Below, one piece after another: positions 43,360 through 64,000 of a DNA stretch of 64,000 nt. The position numbers and the translations under genes were made by a program. The first letter of the stretch is position 1, and each line of letters begins with the position of its first letter. Where the stretch lies: assembly GCF_009914755.1 (NCBI RefSeq), contig NC_060935.1. One strand, 5' to 3'. Origin of the DNA: the human T2T-CHM13v2.0 reference genome, Homo sapiens. Under the pieces are notes generated by a model. That model was not told the origin of the DNA. It saw nothing but the letters and a program-made list of their open reading frames with translations, and made no database searches.

Positions 43360-44520
43360 GAGGATTTGCTTGACTTCTACACAGAAGGCTATAACACTGT
43401 TGAGAGAACTTAAAAGAGGCAGGGGTAGGGGTATGGAAAAAAAATTAAAGAAGATCTATGAAATAGCGGAGCAGGGGGAAGATATGCCATGTTCATGGAT
43501 TGGAAAAGTCTGTATTAAAAAGAAGGCAATTCTCCACAAACTAATCCGTAAATGTAGTATAATCTCTATCAAAGTTCCAATAGGATTTTTGTGAAAATTG
43601 AGAAACTGAGTCTAATATTTATATGGAAATGCAAAGGCGAAGAACAAATGCAATAATCTTGAAGGACAAAGTTATAAAACTACTAGATATTATTAAAGCT
43701 AAAGTAATTATTACAATATGGCATTTTTACAGGATATTTAGACCAATTAAATAGAGAGTCCAGAAACAGACCTACATATTTAAACACTTGATTTTTGGCA
43801 AAGGTGGCACTGTATAGCAGGGACAAAGAGTTCATCTTATAATTCATCAATAGGATATATAGAATTAGTAAAAATGATCCTTATCTTACCACATACACAA
43901 ATATTAATTCCAGATGAACTGCAGGTCTAAATGTGGAAAGTAAATTTTGGAAGCTAATATAGGTAATACATTTATAACTTAGGATGGACAGCAATTTCTT
44001 ACACAATACTTTAAAAGAACAAACCACTAAGGAGAAGATTGATCAATTGTAGATTAAAATTAGAGACTATTTTCATCCAAAAAACCATTACCAGATTGAA
44101 AAGGCAAATCACAGAGTGGGAGAATATTTGCAATGCATATTACTGACAAAGGGCTTATATCCAGAAGATATAAAGAACCCAAAATGTTCTTCAATAGTGT
44201 AATATATAGAGTTGAATTCCATTATTCATTTAATGAAATACTATAATATAAATGAGCTATTGCTGAAAAGCAGCAGTGTGGGTATACCTCACACCATAAT
44301 ATTGTGCAAAAGAAACATACTGCACAATAAAAATGCATTTTCTGCTCCATTTATATCAAGAACAGGTGAAACTATGGCAGGTGGGTATATGGAAACAGGT
44401 AATGAGGGGAGCATTTTTGGTGCTAGTAATATTCAGTTTCTTGACATGAGTGGCTGTGAAATCTGGGTTTGGGTATATAATCTGTTTATTCTCAATTCAT
44501 GCACTTTTCTATACATAGAT
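43360..44520 (+). mobile_element. Old L1 (L1ME-type) ORF2 3' fragment, sense
   Basis: DMPCSWIGK motif in ORF 43370-43594 and other decayed ORF2 motifs. Confidence 0.75.
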
Positions 44521-44954
44521 TCTACTTCCTTTTTTTTTTTAAGCCAAATGATGTTGACACATTATTTAAATCTGATTTCAAAAAGAATATTTTTTTCTTT
44601 TCCAATAATTATTAAGAATATCTTCACAGAATCAAAAATTTGATTACTAGAAAGGACCAATGTGACAATTTCTTTTAAACTGTCCCATTTTATAAATGAG
44701 GAAATATCCTAGGCAAAAATTAGGTAACATTTATTATGTTCCAATCACTATTTAAGCACTTTAAATATTGAAACAAAGTTAATTCTCACAATAAATCTGT
44801 GAGGTAAATAATATTCTTACGCCCATTTTATAGATGAGGAAACTGGGTCACAGAGGATAATTGACTGTATAAATTGCATAGCTAGTGTAAGTGGCATACT
44901 CAAAATTAAGGCATTATGATTCTATGTTCTTAACTATTGAGCTACTTTGTTTCT

Positions 44955-46872
<1,918 letters not shown>

Positions 46873-47279
46873 TTATGAAACTTCTATAAATGGAATTATT
46901 TTATCTGTGTTCTTCTGGGATTTGCCTTTTCCAATCAACTTTGTTTTTTAGATTGATTAGGTTGGCTGTACTTCATATTCATTGCTGCAATCACATTCAA
47001 TTATATGAATGTTCAAACAATGTTTTCATTCTCCTATCACTAGACATTTGGGTTGCTTCTAGTTTCCTCCTTTTATGAATAATTCTTCCAAGAACAGCTT
47101 TGGACATCTACTGATGCACATGTTGCTGAGCCATATGGGATGTGTATTTTCAACTTTACTAGGTAATCCAAAATGTTTTCCAGAGTAATATATGAAATTT
47201 CCCTTTACTACATCTTCACTAAAAGTCTGATAAACTTTTTAATGTTTTTCAGTCATACAGTATAAAATGGTTTCTAATT

Positions 47280-47660
47280 ATGTGGTACATATACACCATG
47301 GAATACTATGCAGCCATAAAAAGGAACGAGATCATGTCCTTTGCAAGGACATGGATGAAGCTTGAAGCCATTATCCTCAGCAAACTAACACAGGAACAGA
47401 AAATCAAACACCGCATGTTCTCACTTATAAATGGGAACTGAACAATGAGAACACGTGGACACAGGGAGGGGAATAACACACACTAGAGTCTTGGAGTGGG
47501 GAGGGGAGAGCATCAGGACAAATAGCTAATGCATCCGGGGCTTAATACCTAGGTGATGGGTTGATAGGTGCAGCAAACCACCATGGCACACATCTATCTG
47601 TGTAACAAACCTACACATCCTGTACATGTATCCTAAAACTTAAAATTTTTTTTAAAAAGC
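47280..47660 (+). mobile_element. L1PA-type 3' end, 5'-truncated
   Basis: tgtggtacatatacaccatggaatactatgcagccataaaaagg...gcagcaaaccaccatggcac...acatgtatcc. Confidence 0.9.
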
Positions 47661-49549
47661 AATAAATTAGGTTTTAATAAAAAGGCATAGAAAAACTTTA
47701 GCCCTATTTGTCTGGAAACTGAATATAATAAAAATGCAAATGTATTCCTTGAAAAGTTTCTAATTATGATAACTTATATTGTCCTCATTACTAATTAGTT
47801 GAACATTTTATATGTTTATGCATCATTTGCATTCTCCTGTGAAATGTCTGCTCTTGTCATTGCCTATTTTTCTATTTTTTTAAATTTCTTATTGATGGAA
47901 GTTTTTTACATATTGTATATACAGATCCAATATAGATTATATGTGTTATAATTATTTTCTGCCAATTTGTGATTGGTATTTTTACTCTTTCTAATGACTA
48001 AAAGTTTTTCTCAATGTGGTCAGTTCCTTTATGGTTGCTGGTATGTATTTAGTCTTTTTTAAATCAGTTTTACACTTCTAAGAAGGCAGATACCTGTTTT
48101 GATAACTCTTCTTTGTTAAACACACACACACACACAAAGCAAAAAAAGGTTTACCATAGCTGTTACAAGGTCACTATAATTTTGGACAATAATTTTAGGC
48201 AGTAACAAGCAGATCTTTAGAAGTACTGCTATACTCTGTGTCATTTTATAATATATATTTTAAGGAATTATAAACAAACTGGGATTCCCCGGGGCTATGA
48301 GAGGAGAGGTTCAGTCTAAAAGTCAGTTAAAGAAACACAAGCCTAAGAGATATGATAGCTATGTACAAATATTTGAAGGCTTATGACAAAGAAGAAGGAG
48401 TAAACAGAACTGAAATGAAAGGGTAAAAATTGCAGAGAGGTTTTCAGCTCAGCATAAGGAAGGATTTGAGCTATCCAGCAAAGGAAGAGGATGCCCCCAT
48501 GAGGTAGTGGCTCCTAAGATTTTTTCCAAAACTATAATTTTGAGAATGTCTCCGGTATTTTTTCATGTGTTTATGATTAAGAATACTACAGATTTTTTTA
48601 AATATAATGCTTTATTGAAGATTAGTAGCTTTATTTTGAGTTTGGTAGTGAAACTATCCTATCTAGAATTTTCATATGAAACTAGGAATTTGGCCAGAGA
48701 TACCAGTGCAAGCTACATTATTTTTGCAAAAATAGCAAGGTTCTCAGCTTTTGTATTAATTGTTAGGTAATATTTAAGCACATGTATGTGAATAGAAAAA
48801 TACATAAACAGTTTTAAGTATATACTGTGTCTTTAACTGCGATCAATAATCTACAATCCACAAAACTACAAAGAACAATAAAGCACAAAGATAAATAATG
48901 CAATCAAGAAGTACAAAAGTGACTTCAGAAAATTGATGAGCAAACTGAGGGATGAGATAAAACCCTGACACAGCAGTTAAGTGAACAAGGAAATTTTTAT
49001 GCAAGGTGTTTAAAGCTTTTTAGATAAAGATGAGGACTTCTCAAGATTTAGAGGAAGAAAATTCCAAGAATAGAAAACAACATAGAAACTGTATTGCTGC
49101 CAAAATTATCTTGGTGGAAACTATAACATTTTGCATATATAGCATTTAGCATATTGATACAGGTGGAAATAAGCATAATACAGTGCTTTTTAAACTGTGG
49201 GACATGACTCGTTCGTCAATTGTGAAATCAACGACTGGTAACCAGTATTTTTTAAATGAAGTCTAATTTTAGAATTAGAATATTCTAGAATGGAAACTAC
49301 CAGACGGTATCATACGTTGTGAGGATAAATATATTTTATAAAACTACATATGTCTCCAAGGTCACAATGCAAAATATATTTATTTCTGTGAGACACAATC
49401 AATCAGAATGAAAATTACTAGCATATGTGTAAGAGCTAGAAGTTTAGATTTTAGAGCCCAACTAATTGGAGCTGAATCCCAGCTTTGCCCCTTACTGGCT
49501 CTGTGACCTTGGGCAAGTTACTTATCCTCCCTCCTGCCTTAATTTCTTT

Positions 49550-50330
49550 TTTGTTGTTGTTTCTTTTCTTAACTTTTATTTTCGGTTCAGAAGTATATGT
49601 GCATGTTTGTTATATAGGTAAATTGCATGTCACTAGGTTTTGGTGTACAGATTATTTTGTCTCCCAGGAAGTAAGCATAGTACCTGGTAGGTAGTTTTCC
49701 AGTCCTCACTGTCCTCCCACCCTGCACCCTGAAATAGGCCCCAGTGTCTGTTGTTCCCTTCTTTATGACCATATGTACTCAAAGTTTAGCTCCCACTTAT
49801 AAGTGAGAACATGCAGTATTTGGTTTCCTTATGTTCTTGTGTTAGTCTGCTTAGAATAATGGCCTCCAGCTCCATTCATGTTGCTGCAAAGGACATGATC
49901 TTTTTTATGGCTGCATAGTACTCCATGTTGTATACGTACCACATTTTTATCCAATCTACCATTGATGGACATTTAGGTTGATTCCATGTCTTTGCTGTTG
50001 TGAGTAGTACTGCAATAAGCATACACATGCACGTGTCTTTATGGTAAAACAATTTACATTTCTTCAGGTATATGCCCAATAATGGGATTTCTGGGTTGAT
50101 GGGTACTTCTGTTTTAAGTTCTTTGAGAAATCGCCAAACTGCTTTCTACAATGGCTGAACTAATTTAGATTCCCACCAGCAGCATTTAAGTATTCCCTTT
50201 TCTTTACAACCTCACCAGCATGTTAATTTTTGGCTTTTTAGTAATAGCCATTCGGGCTGGTGTGAAATGGTATCTCATTGTGGTTTTGATTTGCACTTGT
50301 CTAATGATTAGTGATGTTGAGTATTTTTTC
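49550..50330 (-). mobile_element. L1PA/PB 3' end, antisense, inserted into a MIR (about 49420-49545 and 50330-50435)
   Basis: Minus ORFs 49876-50079 and 50204-50401 resemble the L1 ORF2 C-terminus; MIR core gtgaccttgggcaagttactt flanks it. Confidence 0.88.
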
Positions 50331-51331
50331 ATCTTAATTTCTTTATATGTAAAAATAGTGATGATAATAGTGCCTATGGCCCTTAGAACAATACCTGCCA
50401 AATTATAAATGCTAATTAAATATTAGCTGGTATTATGTTATTATTTCATACTCTCAAATGTCAGGTATGCAGTTACTGGCTAGCTTTCTTGAAAGGTAAA
50501 GGCTTTTTTGTAAGGTTCTTATCATAAAGCGCATGCACACATTTCCATTATTTCTCAAGACATTTAAGTGCTTATACACATATGCATATCGATGCCCCAT
50601 ACCAATTGAATTTTCACCCTTGGTCCCAAGAAACTTAAATATGCATCATCATTACTTTACATCTTTGTACATAATGTTCTTTCTGACTCAAAGTGCCCTT
50701 TTATTTGGTAACCTACTACTACCTTTTTTGTTTTTTAAGCAGGCTCAGAAGGTTAACTACTCTTTTAAGACCAAGGTCAGACAAACTTTGTGAAACTTTT
50801 CTTGATTCTTGCAAAGTCACTGTACCCTCTGTGCTTTCACTTAATTCCACTTATAGCTATACATACAAGTTAAGCATTTTACTATAATAATTCATTTATA
50901 TTCATTCTTCTAGACAAATGGATTCCAAGACTTTTTATTGTACTACTATTAATAAAAATTTTGAACACATACATGGCATACACATGTATTACTGTACTAA
51001 TATATACATTAAGAACCTTAATCGGAAATTTTTTAAAGATAAGCTAAAGTAAAATTTTAAATTTGTATATCACTAGCTAATATCTCACAGCACAATATAC
51101 ATTTAGTGTAAAAGTTATAGTTATAATTTTTTGATAATTTTTGAATTTGTGATACCAAGTTTGTTACAGGTATAATTATGTCATTGTCATTATGTGGCAA
51201 AGAGTTTGTAATTGAGAAAAAGAAATGGGTTGGCCTTGCTGTTGTTTACCTATCCTTGCATTATTAGTATTATTTTGATCTGTGATTTTGCAAGAATATG
51301 TTTTTAAGTAGTCATTAAAAAGCAAAGAAAA

Positions 51332-51691
<360 letters not shown>

Positions 51692-52327
51692 TCAAAGATA
51701 TAGTAGAAGCCCTACAAAAGTTATTTTAGCCACTTTGTTATTTTGTGAGAGCTTGTTAAGATACTATAAGATACGCATAAATTCACTTACCTGGGCACAC
51801 ATAAATTTTAGTACATTGCAGGAAGCTAACGAGAGCTAATGAATGATGACACCACTGTCAACCTCTCACGCTTGGAATTTTAACTCTTCTTTTAAGATAA
51901 CTGAGTTTACTTCATGCATTACATGAGCATCTACTTGCAAAATAACCAGGGTGCCAGTGTCAATCATATATTACATGAGTAAAATTTAACTTCTAATTTT
52001 TAGATAATAAATATGAATTGGAATTCTAATATGTTCTTGAAGCACACCAGTGGATTATCTTACACAATCTTCTGGTGTTCTGTGTCATGCTCTGGAGGTT
52101 ACTGCTCTAAACTATAAATCCCTCAGAAGCAAGGATTTTGTTGAATTCATCATTTTAACTGTGCCATGCTTAGAGCATATAAGAGGAGCTCAATAAAGCA
52201 TGCTAACTGAATGAATTAAACTTACAGAGTTTTCTTGATGTTTGAAAGTAACTTGAAAATTTGCAGTGGGTATATATTGGCTACTCAACTAGCATAATTT
52301 TTAACATTGTGCTGGCATTTGTTTAAG

Positions 52328-52440
52328 GGTCTACTGTTATGAGAAGAAAACGAATTGCTGAAACTAAGCGGAGAAATATTTTAGAGCAGAAAAGACAAAA
52401 CCCTGGATCTGTAGGACAGAAGTACAGTGAGCAAATTAAT
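52328..52440 (+). CDS. CEP126: CEP126 coding exon (probable exon 7), GSTVMRRKRIAETKRRNILEQKRQNPGSVGQKYSEQIN
   Basis: Acceptor tttgtttaag|GG, donor AAT|gtaagt; 113 nt, phase 1 to phase 0. Confidence 0.92.
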
Positions 52441-52763
52441 GTAAGTATGGTATTAATCAAAATCTCTATTCAATATTTAAAAATTGCTTGGAAAACAGAG
52501 GTTCTTAAAGGACTATGCTCTTGCTGTAAACTGTATACCACAACATAAATATAATTATAGCCAAAGCCATTTGTGAAGCAGTCTTGGAATCTTTATGCTA
52601 GGAGATTATTCCACTATACCTACTTGCTATGTTCTGTATAATCAGTTACTAATGAAAGTTTTAAACCAACTTTAAATCATTATTATTATTTTAGTTGTTA
52701 TTATTGATAGCCAATGCTGGAAAAAATGAGGTCATTCACAACAAAATTCAACAAAGCTACTTA

Positions 52764-53750
<987 letters not shown>

Positions 53751-55275
53751 AAAATAAATGGAGGTAATTCTGTAAGAGCTAAGTAAGTGAAATCAAATAT
53801 GGCATTTTCTAGAGGTCTAACTTGATCCAAGGATTGACTTTAGAATATTAAAAGTCTAGATAGATAAGTAAATAGCATTTCACTTGGAATTTCCACTTTA
53901 AATATCACTCTGACTTTTTTTAATAAAACTGGAATATTTTTAATAAAATGCCTTATGAAGAATTTATATTCCAAGTTACTGGTTGAAGGTGCTATAATTT
54001 GTATATTATAGGAAGTACTGATTTTTATATGGATAAGATTACTAATGTGGAGAATAATCAACAATGATCTAATCTTATCAGCAAAACAAGTCATTTAGTT
54101 GTATGTTTATGGAAATAAAGTTAATCGCATTACCCATATATTTTTATTGCTTAATAGCGTAATGGTTAATTATAGATATAACTTCCTGATTACAAATAAA
54201 ACAATGCCTAACAAGTCCTTCCATTTCAACTGCCATGTTCCCATCCAACGTCTCAAAATGCACAATGCAAAAACATCTTTACCCTTATTTTTTCCTTATT
54301 TTCATTAATATATTATAAATTTAAAAGTAATATGTAGTTAATAACCAAGGAAACAAACAAACAAAATTTTAAATGCCTGTTATTAGTGCCCTCTGTAAAT
54401 TCATTTTTATTTTACTAGGTCTTATTCTATTTTTCTGTCTCTTGCTCTTTTGCATGCTTAATGTATTTAGAGCCCATTTTTGTCCTTTTCAGAAGCCTCC
54501 CTTCCACTTTCACATACAGATCTTCACCCATCCACTTATACACCTTCCAAAGTCTTGTTAGCCTAAGAATAGGTCAGTGTTCCTGAATCAAATTTTTTCA
54601 TCCTTATTATTTTGACTTGTTTTTGTTTTTTATTCCAGAGCCTAAGCAAGGGTTCAGTCACTAGAACAGTGGCCCTTGTCACCTTGTATTAGGAAATGCA
54701 TGTTATCATACTGGATTTTCTCCAGCGCATGACATCTATATGGAGAAAATCTCAAAGAGATAAGTGAAAGGTAGAAAAAGTACAATTGCCACTTTGCACG
54801 AGGGTTTCAGTCCAAGGTATCTCAAGTCTATAATGGAGATCAAACAAGACTATGAGATCTACTGAAGGAGAGCTGTTGCAAAAATCTGCAGTTTCTCCTC
54901 AGATCAGATTGAAGAAAAGTTACGCATAGTTATAGCCAGGCAGTTTTATCTGACAGAAAACAATTATTTCTTAAAGTGAAACAGAATGGTAATAAAGAAG
55001 GAGGTAGACCATATTCAGGGAAGGGAAGTTGGTATCTCTCAGAAAGTGTTAGATGTGTACACTTTTTGCCAGTGTTCTGAGACTTCCGTTTTCAAGGTTC
55101 TGTGCAGCATTGGGGCAGCTATTTGTGTTTTAAGTTTTGTCACGTAAGATAATTACCTATCCTTGGCATTAGCTGTAGTCAGATGCTTTTAGCTAATAGT
55201 TGTGATTCACCCTTACAATGACAAACCAACTAGGTTAGAAACTTTAAGGTAATTTTTTACCTTTTCTTTAATTAG

Positions 55276-55572
<297 letters not shown>

Positions 55573-55869
55573 TAATTAGCACTTTTGATTACCATCCAAC
55601 TCACTTTACCTCTTCCAAATATCCAGGACAATATCATAATCTGAAAATTTTTTTGTGGACATAAAACATTTTTCATAATATTCCATTACCATAGAAATTC
55701 TTTATTATAATAATTCTTGTATTCAGCTCTAAAAAATGTAATATACAAGTTACATGAACAATTGTAGCTAAAAATATATACAGCAATTAAAAGTTTTTTA
55801 AAAGTTCATGTACATATTATGAATTTTAAATATGGAAATATGTTTTAATTCAATATTCTATTTTTGTAG

Positions 55870-55945
55870 AATTTTGGACAAAGTGTCCTGCTAAGTTCAA
55901 GTGAGCCAAAACAAACTACAAGGGGTACTTCTTATATTGAAGAAG
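55870..55945 (+). CDS. CEP126: CEP126 coding exon (probable exon 8), NFGQSVLLSSSEPKQTTRGTSYIEE
   Basis: Acceptor ttctatttttgtag|AAT, donor AAG|gtatgt; 76 nt, phase 0 to phase 1; open frame. Confidence 0.9.
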
Positions 55946-56740
55946 GTATGTTTTAGTTTAAACATTTTTCTCTGATCTTTGTTCCCAGTGATTTTTTTTC
56001 TTGTATGCCTATTCTCAGATGCTAACGTATTATGTAATTGTTAAAGCACCATTTAAAACCTGAACTCTCCTCACCCCTGCACATCCAGGTCATTGTCAGT
56101 GTTCCTTTATTCTAAATAATAATGTATTGAACATCTTTCTACATCAAGTTATTTTCTGATTTTTACTTATTTCTGTAGGTTAGATTTCCAGAATTAAAAT
56201 TACAGTAACTGACATGTAAATGCCACCCAGTAAATATTTATTGAATTAAACTCCATGTATTAAATGAATACTGGATCAAAAGAAATAAGCATTGATATGG
56301 CTGTTCATATATATTGCTAAAGTATTTTCCGGAAAAGTATTATTCAAAATTGTTCTAGTAGTGTGTGTCCAGTGGTGTATGTCAACTTGAGGTAGAATCT
56401 TTTCATATTTGCTATAGACAGAAAAATAGTATTATATTAGTTTTGATTTCTATACCTTTCATTAATATTATGCTTAATTGCTTTTCTGTGTATTTTTTGG
56501 TGAACTGTCTCTTTGTACTCTTTTTTCTTAGATATTAGAGTTCGAAATTTTCTTACTGATGTCTGCAAATTATTTAGCTATGAAGGATTCTAATTCTTAT
56601 ATTAGTTGAAGATGTTTCATTACTACTTGCATGTTATTCTACTTATATTGTATTTTCACATATATTTTAATTTGTATCTGTTCATTCAGTAAATGATTAT
56701 TGAGAGCTAATCTTCTGCTTACAAGTAGGTATTGGATATA

Positions 56741-59695
<2,955 letters not shown>

Positions 59696-59968
59696 TACAA
59701 TAATGAAAAAAATATACAAAAGTGTTGCTCTTCAGAAGTGTAAAGTCTATTAGGGAAGACTGGCTTTAAATAAACATGTTTTATTTAGTCTTTTCTTACT
59801 GATGTCTCCATTACTTTTAAGCTTTGTCAAAGAACCTTCCCAATACAGACATTTAGAAACATTTGTTTCATTTTCTTCTGCTTTAATTAATGGGTTGATT
59901 CCTTAAGTTTGTCTTTAATTTCTTACGAATTTGTTTAAACAAACAGTGGGAAGTAAAACTCTGAATTG

Positions 59969-60263
59969 ATTTTTTTTTTTTTTTTTTTTTTTGAGACAGA
60001 GCTCCAGGCTGGAGCACAGTAGCACAATCTCAGCTCACTGCAACCTCCACCTCCTGGGTTCAAGTGATTCTCCTGCCTGAGCCTCCCAAGTAGCTGGGAT
60101 TATAAGCACCCACAATAACACCTGGCTAATTTTTGTATTTTTAGTACAGACGAGGTTTCACCATGTTGGCCATGCTGGTCTTGAACTCCTGACCTCAAGT
60201 GATTCACCTGCCTCAGCCTTCCAAGGTGCTGGGATTAGAGGCATGAGCCACTGCACCCAGCCC
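59969..60263 (-). mobile_element. Antisense AluS
   Basis: Long poly-T and reverse dimer. Confidence 0.92.
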
Positions 60264-60811
60264 AAATTGATTCTTTTATAAGCAAAAACTAATATGTAAA
60301 ATCATCTTTCCCTTCTGTCAAATATTTGATGCTTCTTTGATCACATGTTCTTATATCTAATTGGGTCTGTTTCTAGGCTGTCAGTTCTGTTTAGCTGATC
60401 ATCAAAGTTTCTAATCTTAAGGGTTTTTTGGTCTTACTTTGTTATAATTCATTATAACTACTATTATAAAGACAGTCTTCTTCATCTTTTTTGTACTACC
60501 AATGAATAACAAACATGACAAAAACTATCTGCATTATATAGTTTTTTTCTTTAGTTCAAGTAATACTCTGGGAATTTTTATTAACTCACTGCCGTCATTT
60601 TGAATATCCTTTTTTAAAAAACGAAGGATAGGAAAATGCTAGATAGAGGATCCTGATAAATGAAATCAAAGTAGCAGATATTTGCTAGGTTTCTGCTTGT
60701 AATATGAATACATACAGACAGTTAAGCATGTATAAGTATATGTAAGTATATATAAGGGCTGATCTCAAAGACAAAAGGGGTTCAAAGAATAACTGATGTA
60801 AGTTTCTGTAG

Positions 60812-61021
60812 TTTCAGATAGTACTTCTGAGTTTTTGATGGCTGAAAACTTAGTGAAAGCATCAGTGCCGGAGGATGAGATTCTGACTGTCTTGAATAGC
60901 AAACAGATACAGAAATCAAATCTACCTTTAAATAAAACTCAACAATTCAACATCTGCACACTGTCAGCTGAAGAACAGAAGATCCTAGAGTCCCTTAATG
61001 ATCTCAATGAAAGACTACATT
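60812..61021 (+). CDS. CEP126: CEP126 coding exon (probable exon 9), VSDSTSEFLMAENLVKAS...LSAEEQKILESLNDLNERLH
   Basis: Acceptor tttctgtag|TT, donor CATT|gtaagt; 210 nt, phase 1 to phase 1; C-terminal short coiled coil. Confidence 0.9.
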
Positions 61022-61249
61022 GTAAGTATGGAAGAACACCTTTTATAAGAAATACTGCATTTATACTTAGACAATTTTAATTTAAACTTTAATTTAAAAA
61101 TTGAAAAGAAAAATACAAAATATATCCATATTACCAACTACCTGAGTGCATAACCATTCAGACTATATTTGAATACTATTTCAAGTATGCCATATCATTT
61201 ATGATGATGTCAACTTCTTTGGCAGACTTATCTGTCTTTTCAGAATATA

Positions 61250-62744
61250 TGAATAGACTTCTGTTTCAGCAATGGACAGGCTACATATCTATACTGACCA
61301 TCCATCAAAACAACCATAAATCCTTGATTAAGTATTTTTTAAACCTGCAATATAGTGATGAGCTAGTAAGAATGTAAGACATTCTTAAGACCAATAACTA
61401 AATGTAGATAAGAACTCAAAAAGATAAGGAGAGTGCAGCAGCTAGCTCTTGTCCTGAGGATATTTAACTCATGGGGTGAAATTGAACTTTGCTTTCCATG
61501 GCCTCATAGGAAAAAGGGAACAGGCCTACTCAGGATGAGTAGTCTCACAGAAGATCTTTCCACCATAAAGCTGGGCCACCCGAAGAGCTGTGCACTACAC
61601 ATGCATACACAGAGGAGGCAGCGCAGGGAGAGGGAATTTTTTTCTAAAAAAAAAAAAAGGCTTGCATTTTTTAAACTTCAGTATTGAGCAGGTGATAGAG
61701 GAAAAATGATCCCTGAGAATGTAGAATCACAGTCTAATACAAGTATCACACTAATTTACAGCCCATACTCACATTAACTGAATAGTTCTTAAGATCTCAA
61801 GCAAAGAACTTAATTTAGAATGATCCCAAACTGGTAGTATTCCAAAACACTTGGGAAAAGTACATTTATGTATCTTCTGCACCTATATTCCAGTCCTCAA
61901 AGAATTATCACAAGTGAAATCCAAGGAAAATGAGCAGCCTACAATTAAAAAAAAAGTAAATAACTTAATCCGTAATGAAAAAAGGCACCAAGAAAAAAAA
62001 TCAAAAGAATCCACAAAACAGAATAAACAGACCCAGAAAGGATTCAGATAATGAAATTACCAGGCACAAACTATAAATAACTATGCTTGTATGCTCTAAA
62101 GTTGTCAGAAATAAGCTTTAAAATGCAGAAATGCAGTCATTTTTAAACTTAAACATGCAGGGAATAAGAAACTATAAAGAAAGAGCAAACAGATTTGAAA
62201 AATGGCCCAAATAGAATGCCTGGAAATTGAAAATATAATAATTGAAATGTAAAATTTAGTAGGTGGTTTAACCACCAGATTACAGACGTCTGAACAGAGA
62301 ATTAGTAAACTAGATTATGAATCAAAGAAATTTATCCACAGTATATCTTAGAGAGACAAAGAGATGGAAAATATGATATAGAGCTTAAAAGACACAAAAG
62401 AGTAAATAAAAAGGTCTGAAAGGCTAAGACAATATCTAAAGTGATAACGGTTGACAACTTTTCCAATTTGATGAACAATGCCAATCTACAGATTCAACAA
62501 CCCAACACATTTCAGAGTAAATAAAAAGAAATGACCACTAAGATACATCCACAATGAATGTTAATCAGCAACAAAAAGGCAGAAAACAATGAAAAAAAAT
62601 CAGGAGATATTGACAACATGTCCAATGTGCTGAGAGAAAGTAACTTTCAAATTTAATACCTTCTTAACATGAAAATGTCTCTCAAGAAGGGGGGTGAATT
62701 AAAAATATGTTCAGACAAAAACGAAGAGACTTTGTTAACAGCAA

Positions 62745-62776
<32 letters not shown>

Positions 62777-63250
62777 GTCACTTTATGATGAGCACTTATG
62801 ATGAGCAAAGTCTTACTTCAGAAGAAATACATAAGATTTTTATATGCACTTGAGAACATAGCCTCAAATATATAAAATATTTTTAACCACGGTGGGTGAT
62901 TTTAACATACCATTGTCAGTAATTGATAGAATAGATTTTAAAAATCAAATAGATGTATAAAAATTGACTATGATTAACAAACCTGATCAAAGGGGCACGT
63001 TCTTTGTAAGTAAACGTACAACCTTTATAAAATGAACCATGTATAAGACCATGAAACAAGCCTTAACACATTTCAAAGGATCAGAGTCACACAGACCATA
63101 TCCTCTAACCACAATGCAATTTACCTGAAATCTACTAACCAAAAGATAGCCATTAAGAAACACATTTCTAAATAAATCATGATTCTGAAGAAAAAAAATA
63201 ATAGGAATTTCTAATTATTTATATATGAACAATAATAGAAATATTTTATG
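61250..63250 (+). mobile_element. Old L1M 5'/ORF1/endonuclease fragments, sense
   Basis: A-rich decayed ORF1-like sequence; gtgggtgattttaacataccattgtcagtaattgataga (VGDFNTPLS-like EN motif). Confidence 0.7.
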
Positions 63251-63257
63251 TATCTAT

Positions 63258-63465
63258 CAGATTTTCTCTACCTCAACACCGTTGACATTTTGAGCTGGAT
63301 AATTTTTATTGTGGGGGACTGTCTAGTGCATCGTAACATGTTTAGCAGCATCCCTGGCCTTTACCCACTAGATGCCACAGCACTTCCCTATCATGACAAT
63401 GAAGTGCTCCCAGACATTACCAAATATCCCCCGGGTGGCAAAAATCACCTATGGTTCAGAACCAC
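63258..63465 (-). mobile_element. MER20
   Basis: gttgacattttgagctggataatt...tttagcagcatccctggcctttacccactagatgcca matches MER20. Confidence 0.82.
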
Positions 63466-63658
63466 ACACATATTATACGTATGTATTTTGTGTGTGTGGA
63501 TTCTATTTCCGCCTAAAATGTAGAAGGCCAGAATGCATCAATCCCATTCTAAGAACAATAAAAGATAAGTGACAAAAGTATAACTTTTCTTGAGCCAATT
63601 AGAGAGCTGAGGTCACATCACAACCAAGCAGCCTAGCATCCAAGGAAACACAGAAACA

Positions 63659-63950
63659 GGCCGGGCGCGGTGCCTCACGCCTGTAATCCCAGCACTTTGG
63701 GAGGCCGAGGCGGGCGGATCACGAGGCCAGGAGATTGAGACCATCCTGACTAACTCGGTGAAACCCCGTCTCTATTAAAAATACAAACAAATTAGCCGGG
63801 CGTGGTGGTGGGTGCCTGTAGCCCCAGCTACTAGGGAGGCTGAGGCAGGAGAATGGCATGAACCCGGGAGTCAGAGCTTGCAGTGAGCCGAGATCGCGCC
63901 ACTGCACTCCAGCCTGGGCGACAGAGTGAGACTCCATCTCAAAAACAAAA
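63659..63950 (+). mobile_element. AluY-like with TSD aaggaaacacagaaaca
   Basis: CpG-rich dimer; direct repeat at 63642-63658 and about 63950-63966. Confidence 0.93.
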
Positions 63951-64000
63951 AGGAAACACAGAAACATCTAAAGAGAGACAGGTTGTGAACACTTTCTCAC

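Noticed and set aside
48820-49120. Hydrophobic, membrane-protein-like minus-strand translation (NFLVHLTAVSGFYLIPQFAHQFSEVTFVLLDCIIYLCALLFFVVLWIVDY)
   Set aside because: T-rich strands translate as Phe/Leu/Ile/Val by composition; needs a frameshift and stops, and splice sites are unclear.
51786-51795. ACTTACCTGG resembling the 5' end of U1 snRNA
   Set aside because: Similarity stops after about 10 nt; better explained as a minus-strand donor consensus than a U1 pseudogene.

Overview
AT-rich, repeat-dense human genomic DNA: the middle of the centrosomal/ciliary gene CEP126 (KIAA1377) on the + strand. Seven coding exons (probably exons 3-9, 2996 nt in total) splice with consistent phases, including a 2140-nt internal exon at 35722-37861. 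The introns hold about 25 Alus (one a human-specific AluYb8 with intact TSDs), old L1/L2/MIR fragments, an antisense LTR12-family solo LTR nested in MER2, MER20 copies and two Tigger4 elements, one near full length. The most unusual feature is at about 29.4-32.0 kb, in the intron between the 22005 and 32150 exons. It is a stop-free 389-codon Pro/Ser-rich ORF with phase-compatible splice sites on both sides, a stop codon, donor and AATAAA packed together at its end, and three copies of a ~20-nt complementary element that could form mutually exclusive RNA pairings. It looks like a hidden alternative terminal, poison or decaying exon with a structural switch. Gene identity, exon numbers and repeat subfamilies come from recognition, not database search.
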